This document shows, piece after piece, positions 10,001-16,066 of a stretch of DNA of 29,715 nucleotides; within the stretch, counting starts at the first letter, position 1; each line of letters opens with the position of its first letter. The stretch spans positions 1 to 29,715 of IMG/VR virus record IMGVR_UViG_3300027976_000143. One strand, given 5' to 3'. The notes under the pieces are model-generated. The model searched no databases and was not told the DNA's origin. It was given only the letters and a program-made list of their open reading frames with translations. Made by a program: the position numbers and the translations under genes. Source of the stretch: a virus. Its lineage: Duplodnaviria > Caudoviricetes.

Positions 10001-11035
10001 AAGGCTCAAAACGACATGATTAAGATTCAGCGGGACGAAGCCAAGTCTGCGTTGATGCCAAGTGCCGCTCAAACTGCTTCTGCTTCTAAGAGTGGTGGAT
10101 TTGAGCTAACAGAAGAATCTAAGAAGAAAATAAAGGAAGCTCAAGCAAAGCCTGCTGCTGCTGGCAATCTATTTCACCGTCTTGATATGCGTAAGATTCA
10201 GCGGGACAAAGCCAAGTCTGCGTTGATGCCAAGTGCCGCTCAAACTGCTTCTGCTTCTGCTTCTAAGAGTGGTGGATTTGAGCTAACAGAAGAATCTAAG
10301 AAGAAAATAAAGGAAGCTCAAGCAAAGAATGATCCTCTAAAGCCAGCCATCAAATCAATCAATCCCTCTTCTGCCATTGGCAATCTCGATATGCGAAGTG
10401 CTGCTGAGAGCATGAAAGACACGCCTATGCAAAGGGCTTTGGGTGATAATATTCGTGAGCGAGCGAATAAAAACCCTTACACGGATAGACTCAAAGAAAG
10501 CCAAGAAGCAACTCGCATCAGAAGAGAACAGGCTGGATTCCAGACTGGCGGTGAAGCCATGAGTCCACCAAGAGCAGAATTTGGTAACTTCTTCAAGAAT
10601 GAAGAAAAAATCAGGGGTTCGAGCGAACCAGGAAGATTGATTTCTTCAAATCCGGGCGGCAATGAAAGTGGAAACGCCACAATGCAACCCGTAGCCAGAG
10701 CAACTGGAATTTCGGATATGCACAGTGCCGTTGCTCAAGATAAGGCGTCATCGTCGCCATCCAAAACGGAGATCACATCTCCTGAATTGGGAACTATTGC
10801 AAGTGAAGCTGGGGACCATAATGCGAAATTGGATACATTGATAACATTATTCCAACAAGTTTTGACTGCTTTGAAGCCATCAAGCACTCCTATTACAAGT
10901 AGTGGAGGAAGTCCTGGAGATACTAAAACCAGGGATGTGGTTCACAAACCGGCTAATTTCTTCAGAAACACGGTCGGGTTGGTAACGCAAACTGCTGGTA
11001 AGGCCGCATTGAACATGGGCGCACCAAATGCTTAA
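1091..11035 (+). CDS. Giant tail tape measure protein (3314 aa)
   Basis: Very long Ala/Gly/Met/Lys-rich helical protein: coiled-coil-like N-terminal region, long hydrophobic segment, periodic aromatic residues in ~80-86-aa repeats. It lies directly upstream of tube-initiator/gp53/hub/spike genes, the canonical TMP position. Confidence 0.88.
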   Translation: MATAIDNLGRKIDSSNMSLGEIKALIGTMMKSKVGAPRPIDAKKEGNGDQSEGLGKVRELLEQYTKDFAREMQEQKGFLSDVVDNLRELVQKRIEKKAESKGQPKKEKKDKKDKPFISKEEKLMSKSSDGLYKTFSKKGSGYTHDIYVEKAIRELCSCLKGISPPSTPTPAPDDGESAGGKTGGSSNGAGGRSNSGADPTRMIDGLAVSKDLTIMSNFMSEISNEMYAIEKHLLGFNVLGEIFNGVIDKERKIVQEMRSISYEIAGATKESMGLMRSFEDIGSTTKQTGVDRDVFQKSYVKALKHGIKDLKVASNLVKTQLNTEKQLGMEAGSLGEEFVSWNKAGRMSIGQLADMGRGMREIARNTGMTGDELAGVIKGSKEFIDTLRNAATLTATAAKNVIEIGANAKKLGIESQMQPLMKAMTSSSNLFLEATDANRALLLMAASSVGRMSELTTGTITKTKAGIQAMGKGFENVLKRFGVESFEAIDQLSEPIKAQINVAMKSTIGMELGELRAAKETLDEAGKGMADRLSDINKKRQQNLTLEERASLMEEERRMKTSKNLEVLTALDEAAKGAKDMNQALATFGKRRGDFESDLNALGQSWTSEADVARGAIQNAMNSVNDGLKEAGKQELTIDSSAIERALKDPAAMRELTSQISKGEQELATAQKSQLDPLTDMQHSLSEINDNIRNYTNKSFSMFFNSLIGKILVIGAAITAAITGIGLLAMGIIVKLDSFKRVLSTIDKRQGLFKVLKGTFGQEKVEDKHGNRPGEEGYVETFEKSLYGLIKGTLGFGHPKKDGPEAGLPKGDEPLVRAKTKDPIAEALNSIKIDDEDIFPKMYDELKAIRKCVCMDKSKLISDKSAVEAKAASSPDKSKWAADKAAGQAKAASMSPTEKTQARIDRKLQDKDALMQKKDVKMQKNDIKSQKVGDKVQDAQQSLVVRQTKMASAESGSIPTTPKTEGFDLAGMLASGKEMAKAAVAVAILGLGIIALGAAIVFLSSKIMSAFKLDIKTVLETAAVVGAVALAGGAIAAAGFVALEALSSDKMKSFTEKAKTSYPKVLTAAAALMLIGPAIVLLGAAVVAMTGLILSKLGLNIGSVAETAAVIVAVAGVTGAMAAGAKEFVECLEGLQEGSTWKKIIDNPGAIAKEIGKAAAALLLVGGVIMLLGVALVKMGQVVMSVAGLDPSTAVKVATQVAGLIVAAGAIAGAIIGASFGLKALGEFAKKSTGLVKDMAVGAVALLIMTPAIVLLASAVIWASTSIMGAFGMDSGVAAKAAMNIGELILATGFIALAIMGASAGLALLGAFALSFSGPQALALAGLMAAGAGALLLLTPAITALAAGVVYMAQKVMGSFGLDLGTAAKVAKDLAGVLMAAGFIALAVMGTGWALGQLGALVASGLIWPTVLMAGLGAIGLMALTPAITALAASVVYMAKSVMKNIIDPAEAGKVAEALGDVIGAAAAISISVLGMGAALAALGLAMTTGVFLVMAPLALLGAAGLLVLTPAVVALNAAIISMSQSITGVSPAHGKEIAEALSSILSSAGNIANEVLGAVGSLSKLGALSLFAGIISKLMWMGVGALDTLAGPVKGYIGAVVDIAQSMKSSLNPKQAVEMAKGVAEILASCGAVTEEIMKAKDKLLSMPAATKWFQFMRTTLQKDLFAGQSFLRYISLPIQAYVNAIVEFSRAIGGSLNPKQAAEMGKGVAEILAACGAVTEEMMKAKDKLLSMPAATKWFQFMRTTLQKDLFAGQSFLRYISLPIQAYVNAIVEFSRAIGGSLNPKQAAEMGKGVAEILAACGAVTEEMMKAKDKLLSMPAATKWFQFMRTTLQKDLFAGQSFLRYISLPIQAYVNAIVEFSRAIGESLNPKQAAEMGKGVAEILAACGAVTEEMMKAKDKLLSMPAATKWFQFMRTTLQKDLFAGQSFLRYISLPIQAYVNAIVEFSRAIGGSLNPKQAAEMGKGVAEILAACGAVTEEMMKAKDKLLSMKGSVGFWKSVPIEDAMSVGVEALKKMKQPIMDYVGTIVGFAQDIGGKVNVGSAKSMVKSLTAVSTIVELVSNVLNTLSEKIVPLTQGGWFTGSPIKQMTKAKGQMEVFFPAMVDLIRTIIDKVSGSLGDTKELKSAAKGLQAMAMILNAALPSITIMGEKIAPLTQGGFFTDSPIDKIKSAIPQFDGFFNAVGEFVNKIVVAMATIKDTTGLSDAAKKMTMLATVLESTSKAIGSLASMVGLMDDGLFTKSPITKIIENKTKFADYFTQIAEFVNIGIVEPINNKFPDGKSLQTASVIVLDLARLLCGTKVTLESLASVIGLMEPKTFFDKAPLQKIIDNKDQFKSWFIAIAEFVKEGIVIPVNDKFKDPKQILTAANTISNMAVVAKNIVPMIKNLAEAISLGTDSSSFFDVAPIPKIIENKGQFKIWFQSIAEFMRDGIVNPVNKEMKGIDIGSASQTITAMAKIAGSIVPMITNLSGAMGLVSDPAEKFWDRDFPIDKIMVYKNDFAKWFKSIAIFMRDGIIIPILTVLPEPQTIQMAAQILSAMSQVITLVPAVINKMANGLIPLIDSGVSIDETAKQKLEGKTDTFRNWFTSVAQFMVDGIILPILTVLPEPQTIQMAAQILSAMSRVITMLPTIISNLSAMFIPLDAGKCLKDSPISALAANADIFAAWFNSITLFVRDGILRPIMTNLPTADEITAGMSQLGNMSKGIAAAEQMVTYVSERMNQLSINPFWTMVASWKASIFSNAFTELANTINNGIFQPMKLLPTSDEMIEAISQMKFMAKTFDIANKVFTYVSGRMSEFSINPFWTIMASWKASMFGYAFMGVANAINNGILQPMKLLPPSSEIDEVVNQLDGMVMALNKVEEVLGAMDIAMKSISNSGIDFSALDKIPVQKMAMFATALKDMTAATSMGSGGSAGTGGGAGTPSEKAIETQLLRDQSITQQSMSTALTQMVNEAMTGDGLFVRDRLNFKAQNDMIKIQRDEAKSALMPSAAQTASASKSGGFELTEESKKKIKEAQAKPAAAGNLFHRLDMRKIQRDKAKSALMPSAAQTASASASKSGGFELTEESKKKIKEAQAKNDPLKPAIKSINPSSAIGNLDMRSAAESMKDTPMQRALGDNIRERANKNPYTDRLKESQEATRIRREQAGFQTGGEAMSPPRAEFGNFFKNEEKIRGSSEPGRLISSNPGGNESGNATMQPVARATGISDMHSAVAQDKASSSPSKTEITSPELGTIASEAGDHNAKLDTLITLFQQVLTALKPSSTPITSSGGSPGDTKTRDVVHKPANFFRNTVGLVTQTAGKAALNMGAPNA
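5921..7066 (+). repeat. Near-identical 258-bp (86-aa) tandem repeat, about 4.4 copies, inside the TMP
   Basis: Unit starts at 5921, 6179, 6437, 6695, 6953 (SLNPKQAAEMGKGVAEILAACGAVTEEMMKAKDKLLSMPAATKWFQFMRTTLQKDLFAGQSFLRYISLPIQAYVNAIVEFSRAIGG). Confidence 0.97.
8645..8970 (+). repeat. Direct repeat pair 246 bp apart in the TMP (PILTVLPEPQTIQMAAQILSAMS)
   Basis: cctattttgactgtattaccagaacctcaaaccattcagatggc at 8645 and 8891. Confidence 0.9.
10021..10327 (+). repeat. ~130-bp direct duplication near the TMP C-terminus
   Basis: 10021-10150 and 10192-10327 (KIQRD[E/K]AKSALMPSAAQTASA[SA]SKSGGFELTEESKKKIKEAQAK); the second copy has a 6-bp insertion. Confidence 0.92.
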
Positions 11036-11047
11036 TAAGGAATAAAA

Positions 11048-11599
11048 ATGTACGCAACATTGCCAGATGGCACATTGACTCCACTTTATGATTGTTGGAT
11101 TAACATTCCTGAATTGAACATCAAGATCACAATGAATATTTTGCCGGATATATCAGACTCTAAGAGTGCGAGTTATCCAGATGAAAATGCCATTGGTAGA
11201 TCAATGCCATTTAAGAGTTTTCAAAACTCTGAAAACAGGGCAATATCTTGGACTGTCCACTTTGTTGTTTGTAAAGCTGGAGATCAGAAGACAATAATCG
11301 AATCGCTCAGAGCTTTCGAGGCTTGCACTTATCCAATGACTCAAACCACTGGGGGCGCACCTTATGCTCCACCGCCAATTTGTCAGTTGCGATGTGGAAG
11401 TCTATTGTCAGACCTTAAATCATCGCCCTTGTGTGCAGTGTTGAAAAGTTATTCTGTTAAGTTTGACACAAGTGTGCCTTGGGATGAAATAGGATATATT
11501 CCTTATAAACTAGACGTTGATTTGCAATTTGAAGTTGTTTACAACCAATCTGATTTGCCTGGGGCCGAACAGATTATGGTAGATGGAATTGGTAGTTAA
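11048..11599 (+). CDS. Tail tube initiator / baseplate tube-like protein (P2 gpU, T4 gp48/54, CIS-tube-like)
   Basis: ISDSKSASY...IGRSMPFKSFQNSENRAISWTVHF and PPICQLRCG motifs typical of this class; immediately follows the TMP. Confidence 0.7.
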   Translation: MYATLPDGTLTPLYDCWINIPELNIKITMNILPDISDSKSASYPDENAIGRSMPFKSFQNSENRAISWTVHFVVCKAGDQKTIIESLRAFEACTYPMTQTTGGAPYAPPPICQLRCGSLLSDLKSSPLCAVLKSYSVKFDTSVPWDEIGYIPYKLDVDLQFEVVYNQSDLPGAEQIMVDGIGS

Positions 11600-11617
11600 A
11601 CCAACAAGGTTAAATTT

Positions 11618-11944
11618 ATGGCAAATTACTCACAAGCAACCAACATTGATCCCAAGCGATTTGTACCTGTGACAAGTCGATATTCGGATGCAACTGTTGT
11701 TTACTATACAGAAAACAAACTTTTGACTTTTACGATTTACAAAAAGAACAAAACCAAACTTGATCGAAGAGACAAATATTATGTTATTACGGCTGGCACA
11801 GAGTACCGGCCAGATTTAGTATCCCAGACAGCTTACGGAACAGTTGATTTTTGGTGGAAGATTATGGAGGCTAATGAAATCAAAGATATATTTGATTTCA
11901 AAGCCGGACTTAATATTAGAATTCCTGACGCTGTGTTTGGATAA
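11618..11944 (+). CDS. gp53: Baseplate wedge protein, T4 gp53 / P2 gpX LysM-like
   Basis: YYVITAGTEYRPDLVSQTAYGTVDFWWKIMEANEIKDIFDFKAGLNIRIP matches the RPD...YG...WW.I..AN...G..I.IP signature. Confidence 0.85.
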   Translation: MANYSQATNIDPKRFVPVTSRYSDATVVYYTENKLLTFTIYKKNKTKLDRRDKYYVITAGTEYRPDLVSQTAYGTVDFWWKIMEANEIKDIFDFKAGLNIRIPDAVFG

Positions 11945-11965
11945 TGGATAATGGATAATGGAGAA
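11938..11965 (+). repeat. 7-bp tandem repeat (TGGATAA)x3 + TGGAGAA across the gp53 stop and hub RBS
   Basis: Seen directly. Confidence 0.85.
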
Positions 11966-11973
11966 TATAAATT

Positions 11974-13440
11974 ATGCCTTGTACAGTAGACTGTCTTTCT
12001 ACCTATAGTTGCGACAATTCGCCCCAAGAGTCACTTTCTGGTGCTGTTTTCTCGCCGTATGTCATGTTGAAGTTTGCTGGCGGTAAAGTCATTCAGGTAG
12101 GCAATTCATCATCGCACCCCAACAACCATGCAGCAATTAGTTCTTTTCAATATGGTTTTGGCAACGGAACGCCTGGATGGGGTGCTGATTTTGAAGTCAT
12201 AGATCAAGGTGGCACTATGTACAGAGATATTATTCAAGCCATGCACAAAACCGTAACTCACGCTCTAAAAGAAGTTTTAGGTACAATATTTGATTTTGGC
12301 TGGATCATCAAACATTGTGACGGGACTGTTGATTTTCATACGGCCAATAGACTTAAAGGTGGTGAATTGAGGGGAATGATTACCGATGTAGATCAAACAT
12401 TTGAAGGTGGAATCATTAAGTTAAAATTCAAGGTGCGTGCGCCAACCAGTGATATGCAAGATGTTCCACAAGATGACACACTTGGCGATGAAAGTCAAAA
12501 GATTCCATTGAAAGTCGCATTAACAGACCTCTTTACGAATCATCATCCTCGATACAATAGTGTTAAATTTCTAAATAAGGACGGAGAACCCTTAGAATTC
12601 AAATCTTCTGATGCTGGAGAAGATGGACCTAAAGGGGCATGGCCAATGAATCAACAAAATCCATTGGCGGCTGCTAGAACGTGGTTAAGTTCTGTTGTGA
12701 CCAAAAATGATCGTGGAATTTTAATCGTTTATAATCCAATGACAGCGGACTTGATTTTCCAAGAAGACCCTAGTGAAAAAAAATGCTGTTCTACACATTT
12801 TAGAACATACATCGTCAATGGCGGCAATTGCTCTCCAGTTCTTGAATTCAACCCAACTGTAAAATGGGTTGTAGCAACATCAGGACATGGTGCTACATCA
12901 GGAGGCGGTTCATCTGCCGACATGACTGCAAAAGTAGAACCACTTGTTGATATTCAAAAAGCTGGAGGTCAAACTGCACCCGCAATTCAACAACATGAAT
13001 TGATGTGGCGACATCCAGATGCAGTTGCATCTGGTGCATCAGCAGGAAATTCTGCTCATTTAGATGCAAACGGTAAATTTGAACGACCCCTTCCAGGGTT
13101 TACTGCGCAACTAAAAATACATGGCGATCCAACTTATAGTGTCGGACCTGAACTAATAGGTAAAACTTTGTCAATAGTTGTAATAAATCCGTTTCACATA
13201 AACGATCAATGCACTTGGATTACTAAGCCTAATTGTAATCCTATATTAAGCAATAAAAATTATCTGATTCGAGGCGTCAGCCATCAAATATCTGGTGGTA
13301 GTTTTGTAACCACTATAGAAGTAATGCTCACTCAACCAAATTCACACATTGATGCAACTTCTACTCTTGGAGATTGTGGTAACGAAATATTTGTTGGTGA
13401 ATATGGCGCATCAGTAGCCGACAATGCAAACAATTCATAA
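11974..13440 (+). CDS. Baseplate hub protein (T4 gp27 / P2 gpD-like)
   Basis: C-terminal LKIHGDP...IGKTLSI...NYLIRGVSHQISGGSFVTTIEV is the typical hub signature; lies between the LysM-like and spike genes. Confidence 0.75.
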   Translation: MPCTVDCLSTYSCDNSPQESLSGAVFSPYVMLKFAGGKVIQVGNSSSHPNNHAAISSFQYGFGNGTPGWGADFEVIDQGGTMYRDIIQAMHKTVTHALKEVLGTIFDFGWIIKHCDGTVDFHTANRLKGGELRGMITDVDQTFEGGIIKLKFKVRAPTSDMQDVPQDDTLGDESQKIPLKVALTDLFTNHHPRYNSVKFLNKDGEPLEFKSSDAGEDGPKGAWPMNQQNPLAAARTWLSSVVTKNDRGILIVYNPMTADLIFQEDPSEKKCCSTHFRTYIVNGGNCSPVLEFNPTVKWVVATSGHGATSGGGSSADMTAKVEPLVDIQKAGGQTAPAIQQHELMWRHPDAVASGASAGNSAHLDANGKFERPLPGFTAQLKIHGDPTYSVGPELIGKTLSIVVINPFHINDQCTWITKPNCNPILSNKNYLIRGVSHQISGGSFVTTIEVMLTQPNSHIDATSTLGDCGNEIFVGEYGASVADNANNS

Positions 13441-13449
13441 GGTAAATAA

Positions 13450-15633
13450 ATGTCACTAGCAAGTCAAAATTATGTAGAGTTACTCGAACGTCGCATTGCT
13501 TCTCTTGAGAATCAAATAGGCGGTGTATCTTATGATATGAAAGCAGTGGCAAGACAAGAACTTGTTGCTAACGCATCAGTCGTACAACAAGCTGAAATGC
13601 AATTTGGCATGTATACAGCTTTGTGTATTGAAACAATTGACATTTGGAAACAAAATCGAGTTCGTTTCTTTTCTCCATTGTTTCACAATCCAAACATGAC
13701 CATCAAGAAAATGCCGTGGGCAAACCCTGTTTCTAATTTGGGAGGCTTTGATGATTGCGGAGCGACCTGGGTTCCTCCTGCTGGATCGACTGTTTGCATT
13801 ATGTTCGAGAACGGAAACCGAGCATCTCCATATTACATTGGAACGACATGGCACAGAAACCGTGGACCCGATGGAGGACACAATTGGGGATACAATATTG
13901 AAGAATATTACAAAATCTGGGAGGGAAAAAGAAAAGGATACATGGTTGGTCCAGATGATGGTTCTCAAGTATTTCCACCGTGGAATACAGAAAATTATAA
14001 TGGTTTTGATTTATCATCTATTGTTGACTTTGCTGACAATCCAGAAGCACAAAAGTTAATCACATATCCAAATATTTTCGGATTCAAAACACCCGAAAAA
14101 CATTACATCAAAATGGTGGATGGCGATCCTAAGTGTAATCGAAAATGGAAAAGATTTGAGATCATGTCCAGTTGTGGAAATTGGATTATGCTTAAAGACG
14201 ATCATCTACATTACGCAGGTCAATGGTCGCATCCACAGTGCGGAGTTCCTGACGGAGAGACAAGTTGCGTAGAGGATGTTGACAATAGTTCACAAGAAGA
14301 TGCACTGAGGGGTGGTTTTCAACGAACCCTCACAGAAGAAGTAGGTCAAATAACGATTAAAACTGCACAAGAAGCAGAAGACGAAGCCAACACCACAGAC
14401 ATAACACCAAAAACAGGAAAGAAAAAAGAAGAAGTTCCCTGCGAAGGCAAAAAGAGCAACAAGAAGATCATTGGAGGACACCCTTCTACTGGTGCGCCCA
14501 ACACTAAATACTACAAATCTCAAGTTGGTGCTAATCCGTTTTTCAAGCATCGTCAAGAGTGTCGTCCCTACAAGGGATCGCCAACGCCACAGAACAATAC
14601 TTGTGACTTGCCACAAACCGGCATTCAAATCATGTCGATTAGTGGACACACATTTGTCATGGATGATTCTGTAGAGGAGCCATCGGGAGAACCAACGTGG
14701 GATCGTGAGTTCGATTTCGGTTGCAACGACCATTATGTGGGTCGAACATACTGGAAATCTGCTACTGGCCATCTCATTGAGATGAGCGATGTAGAAAGCC
14801 CTCCAGGTGACGATGGCGCTAAATTGCGTGGCAAAGACAACTATATCAAAATTTTGACTGCTACTGGCAACAAAATCGAGTTGAACGATCACACAGAGTC
14901 CCAGAAGGATTGCCCAGGTTGCCCGCCAAATATCGCCGGTTCTGAGCGTGGTATTCATTTACGAAGCACCAGCAATCACACCATCGACATGGTGGATGAA
15001 ACAAACGAACAATGCGCTCCATGTCGAATGGAAGGTGGTGTGCCGATTCCAAAGGCAAAGAAAGCCTTTGTTAGAATTCGCACAGGATATGGTCTGGAAA
15101 TGTCATACAACGACGACCATAATCAAGAAAATACTGAACAACAATACATTCAGATATTCTGTCCTCAGAAAGACAATGAAGAACGTGGCCCGCATATTCA
15201 CAGGTATCAAGAAGCCCCATCTGGACCTGGACTTGTGTTTTTGCGAGTAGGTGGAAACTACATCGTTTCAACTTATGACAATCACATTACTATTGTCGGA
15301 GATGAAGAGAAAAATCCATCAGATTTGATGGAAATAGTAACCAGGACCAACCTCGTATATACAAAAGACGTATACCTCAACATCACCGATAAACTACATC
15401 TGTTTTATGCCAAAGAAGTCATATTGTTATTGGCAGGACAGGATTGCGGCAGTGGAGTAGATTGTGGTGGCGGTTGTGGTGGTGAAGACCCGTGCTTTGG
15501 AGCCGTTATTGTTTACGACTTCTGTACTGGCTGTGTGAGGATTAGTGATCGTGTGTTTGCCAGTACATCTGGAAAAGCGCAGCAATTGTCAATCTTCCAG
15601 TTGGCACCGTTCATGAAATGTCCAGCGTGCTAA
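13450..15633 (+). CDS. gp5: Baseplate central spike, gp5/VgrG/gpV-like (OB fold + beta-helix), Cys-rich
   Basis: RVRFFSP...PWANP...WVPPAGSTVCIMFENGNRASPYYIG (gp5 OB fold); SGHTFVMDDS, TGHLIEMSD, TGNKIELNDH, SNHTIDMVD beta-repeats; no lysozyme domain recognised. Confidence 0.88.
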   Translation: MSLASQNYVELLERRIASLENQIGGVSYDMKAVARQELVANASVVQQAEMQFGMYTALCIETIDIWKQNRVRFFSPLFHNPNMTIKKMPWANPVSNLGGFDDCGATWVPPAGSTVCIMFENGNRASPYYIGTTWHRNRGPDGGHNWGYNIEEYYKIWEGKRKGYMVGPDDGSQVFPPWNTENYNGFDLSSIVDFADNPEAQKLITYPNIFGFKTPEKHYIKMVDGDPKCNRKWKRFEIMSSCGNWIMLKDDHLHYAGQWSHPQCGVPDGETSCVEDVDNSSQEDALRGGFQRTLTEEVGQITIKTAQEAEDEANTTDITPKTGKKKEEVPCEGKKSNKKIIGGHPSTGAPNTKYYKSQVGANPFFKHRQECRPYKGSPTPQNNTCDLPQTGIQIMSISGHTFVMDDSVEEPSGEPTWDREFDFGCNDHYVGRTYWKSATGHLIEMSDVESPPGDDGAKLRGKDNYIKILTATGNKIELNDHTESQKDCPGCPPNIAGSERGIHLRSTSNHTIDMVDETNEQCAPCRMEGGVPIPKAKKAFVRIRTGYGLEMSYNDDHNQENTEQQYIQIFCPQKDNEERGPHIHRYQEAPSGPGLVFLRVGGNYIVSTYDNHITIVGDEEKNPSDLMEIVTRTNLVYTKDVYLNITDKLHLFYAKEVILLLAGQDCGSGVDCGGGCGGEDPCFGAVIVYDFCTGCVRISDRVFASTSGKAQQLSIFQLAPFMKCPAC

Positions 15634-15643
15634 TGGAGAATAA

Positions 15644-16066
15644 ATGAGAATATTCCTTGGTGTGCCATATCCAATCATCAAGAATGCAAGGGGATTTCTG
15701 TATTCTCAGGATGGGATCGACCAAATTAAATCAGATATGTTGGTTCTTTTGTTGACCAACCCTGGCGAGCGGGTGATGAACCCGACTTTTGGCACTCCAT
15801 TGCGCAAGTTGATTTTTGAACCTAATGATTCTGCATTAAGACTTCAAGCAAAAAACATGATAATCAACTCAATTAAGAAGTGGGAGCCAAGGATTTCAGT
15901 CAGAAACATTGAAGTTAGCTCGAAGGTTGATGACAAGTCCTTGAATAAGGCAGAGGGCAAACAAGACCTTGAACACATTTTGTTCATCCGAATCATCTTC
16001 GTTGACCCACAAAACATCAAAGAAGTGCAAGAATTACTGCTAGAAGTACCACTAGGGGGAACATAA
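15644..16066 (+). CDS. gp25: Baseplate wedge / sheath initiator, gp25 (GPW_gp25 family)
   Basis: IKSDMLVLLLTNPGERVMNPTFGTPLRKLIFEPND...IKKWEPRISVRNIEV is the classic gp25 motif. Confidence 0.93.
   Translation: MRIFLGVPYPIIKNARGFLYSQDGIDQIKSDMLVLLLTNPGERVMNPTFGTPLRKLIFEPNDSALRLQAKNMIINSIKKWEPRISVRNIEVSSKVDDKSLNKAEGKQDLEHILFIRIIFVDPQNIKEVQELLLEVPLGGT

Noticed and set aside
5921-10327. Diversity-generating retroelement TR/VR pairs among the TMP repeats
   Set aside because: Differences are not adenine-specific, all copies are in frame within one gene, and no reverse transcriptase is present.
1250-10680. Many short - strand ORFs within the TMP, including the repeated MVLMNWNHLVAAG ORFs
   Set aside because: Antisense shadows of a long, biased coding frame and its 258-bp repeats.
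14290-14958. 222-aa - strand ORF inside the spike gene
   Set aside because: Fully antisense to a well-supported gene, with no motif or RBS.
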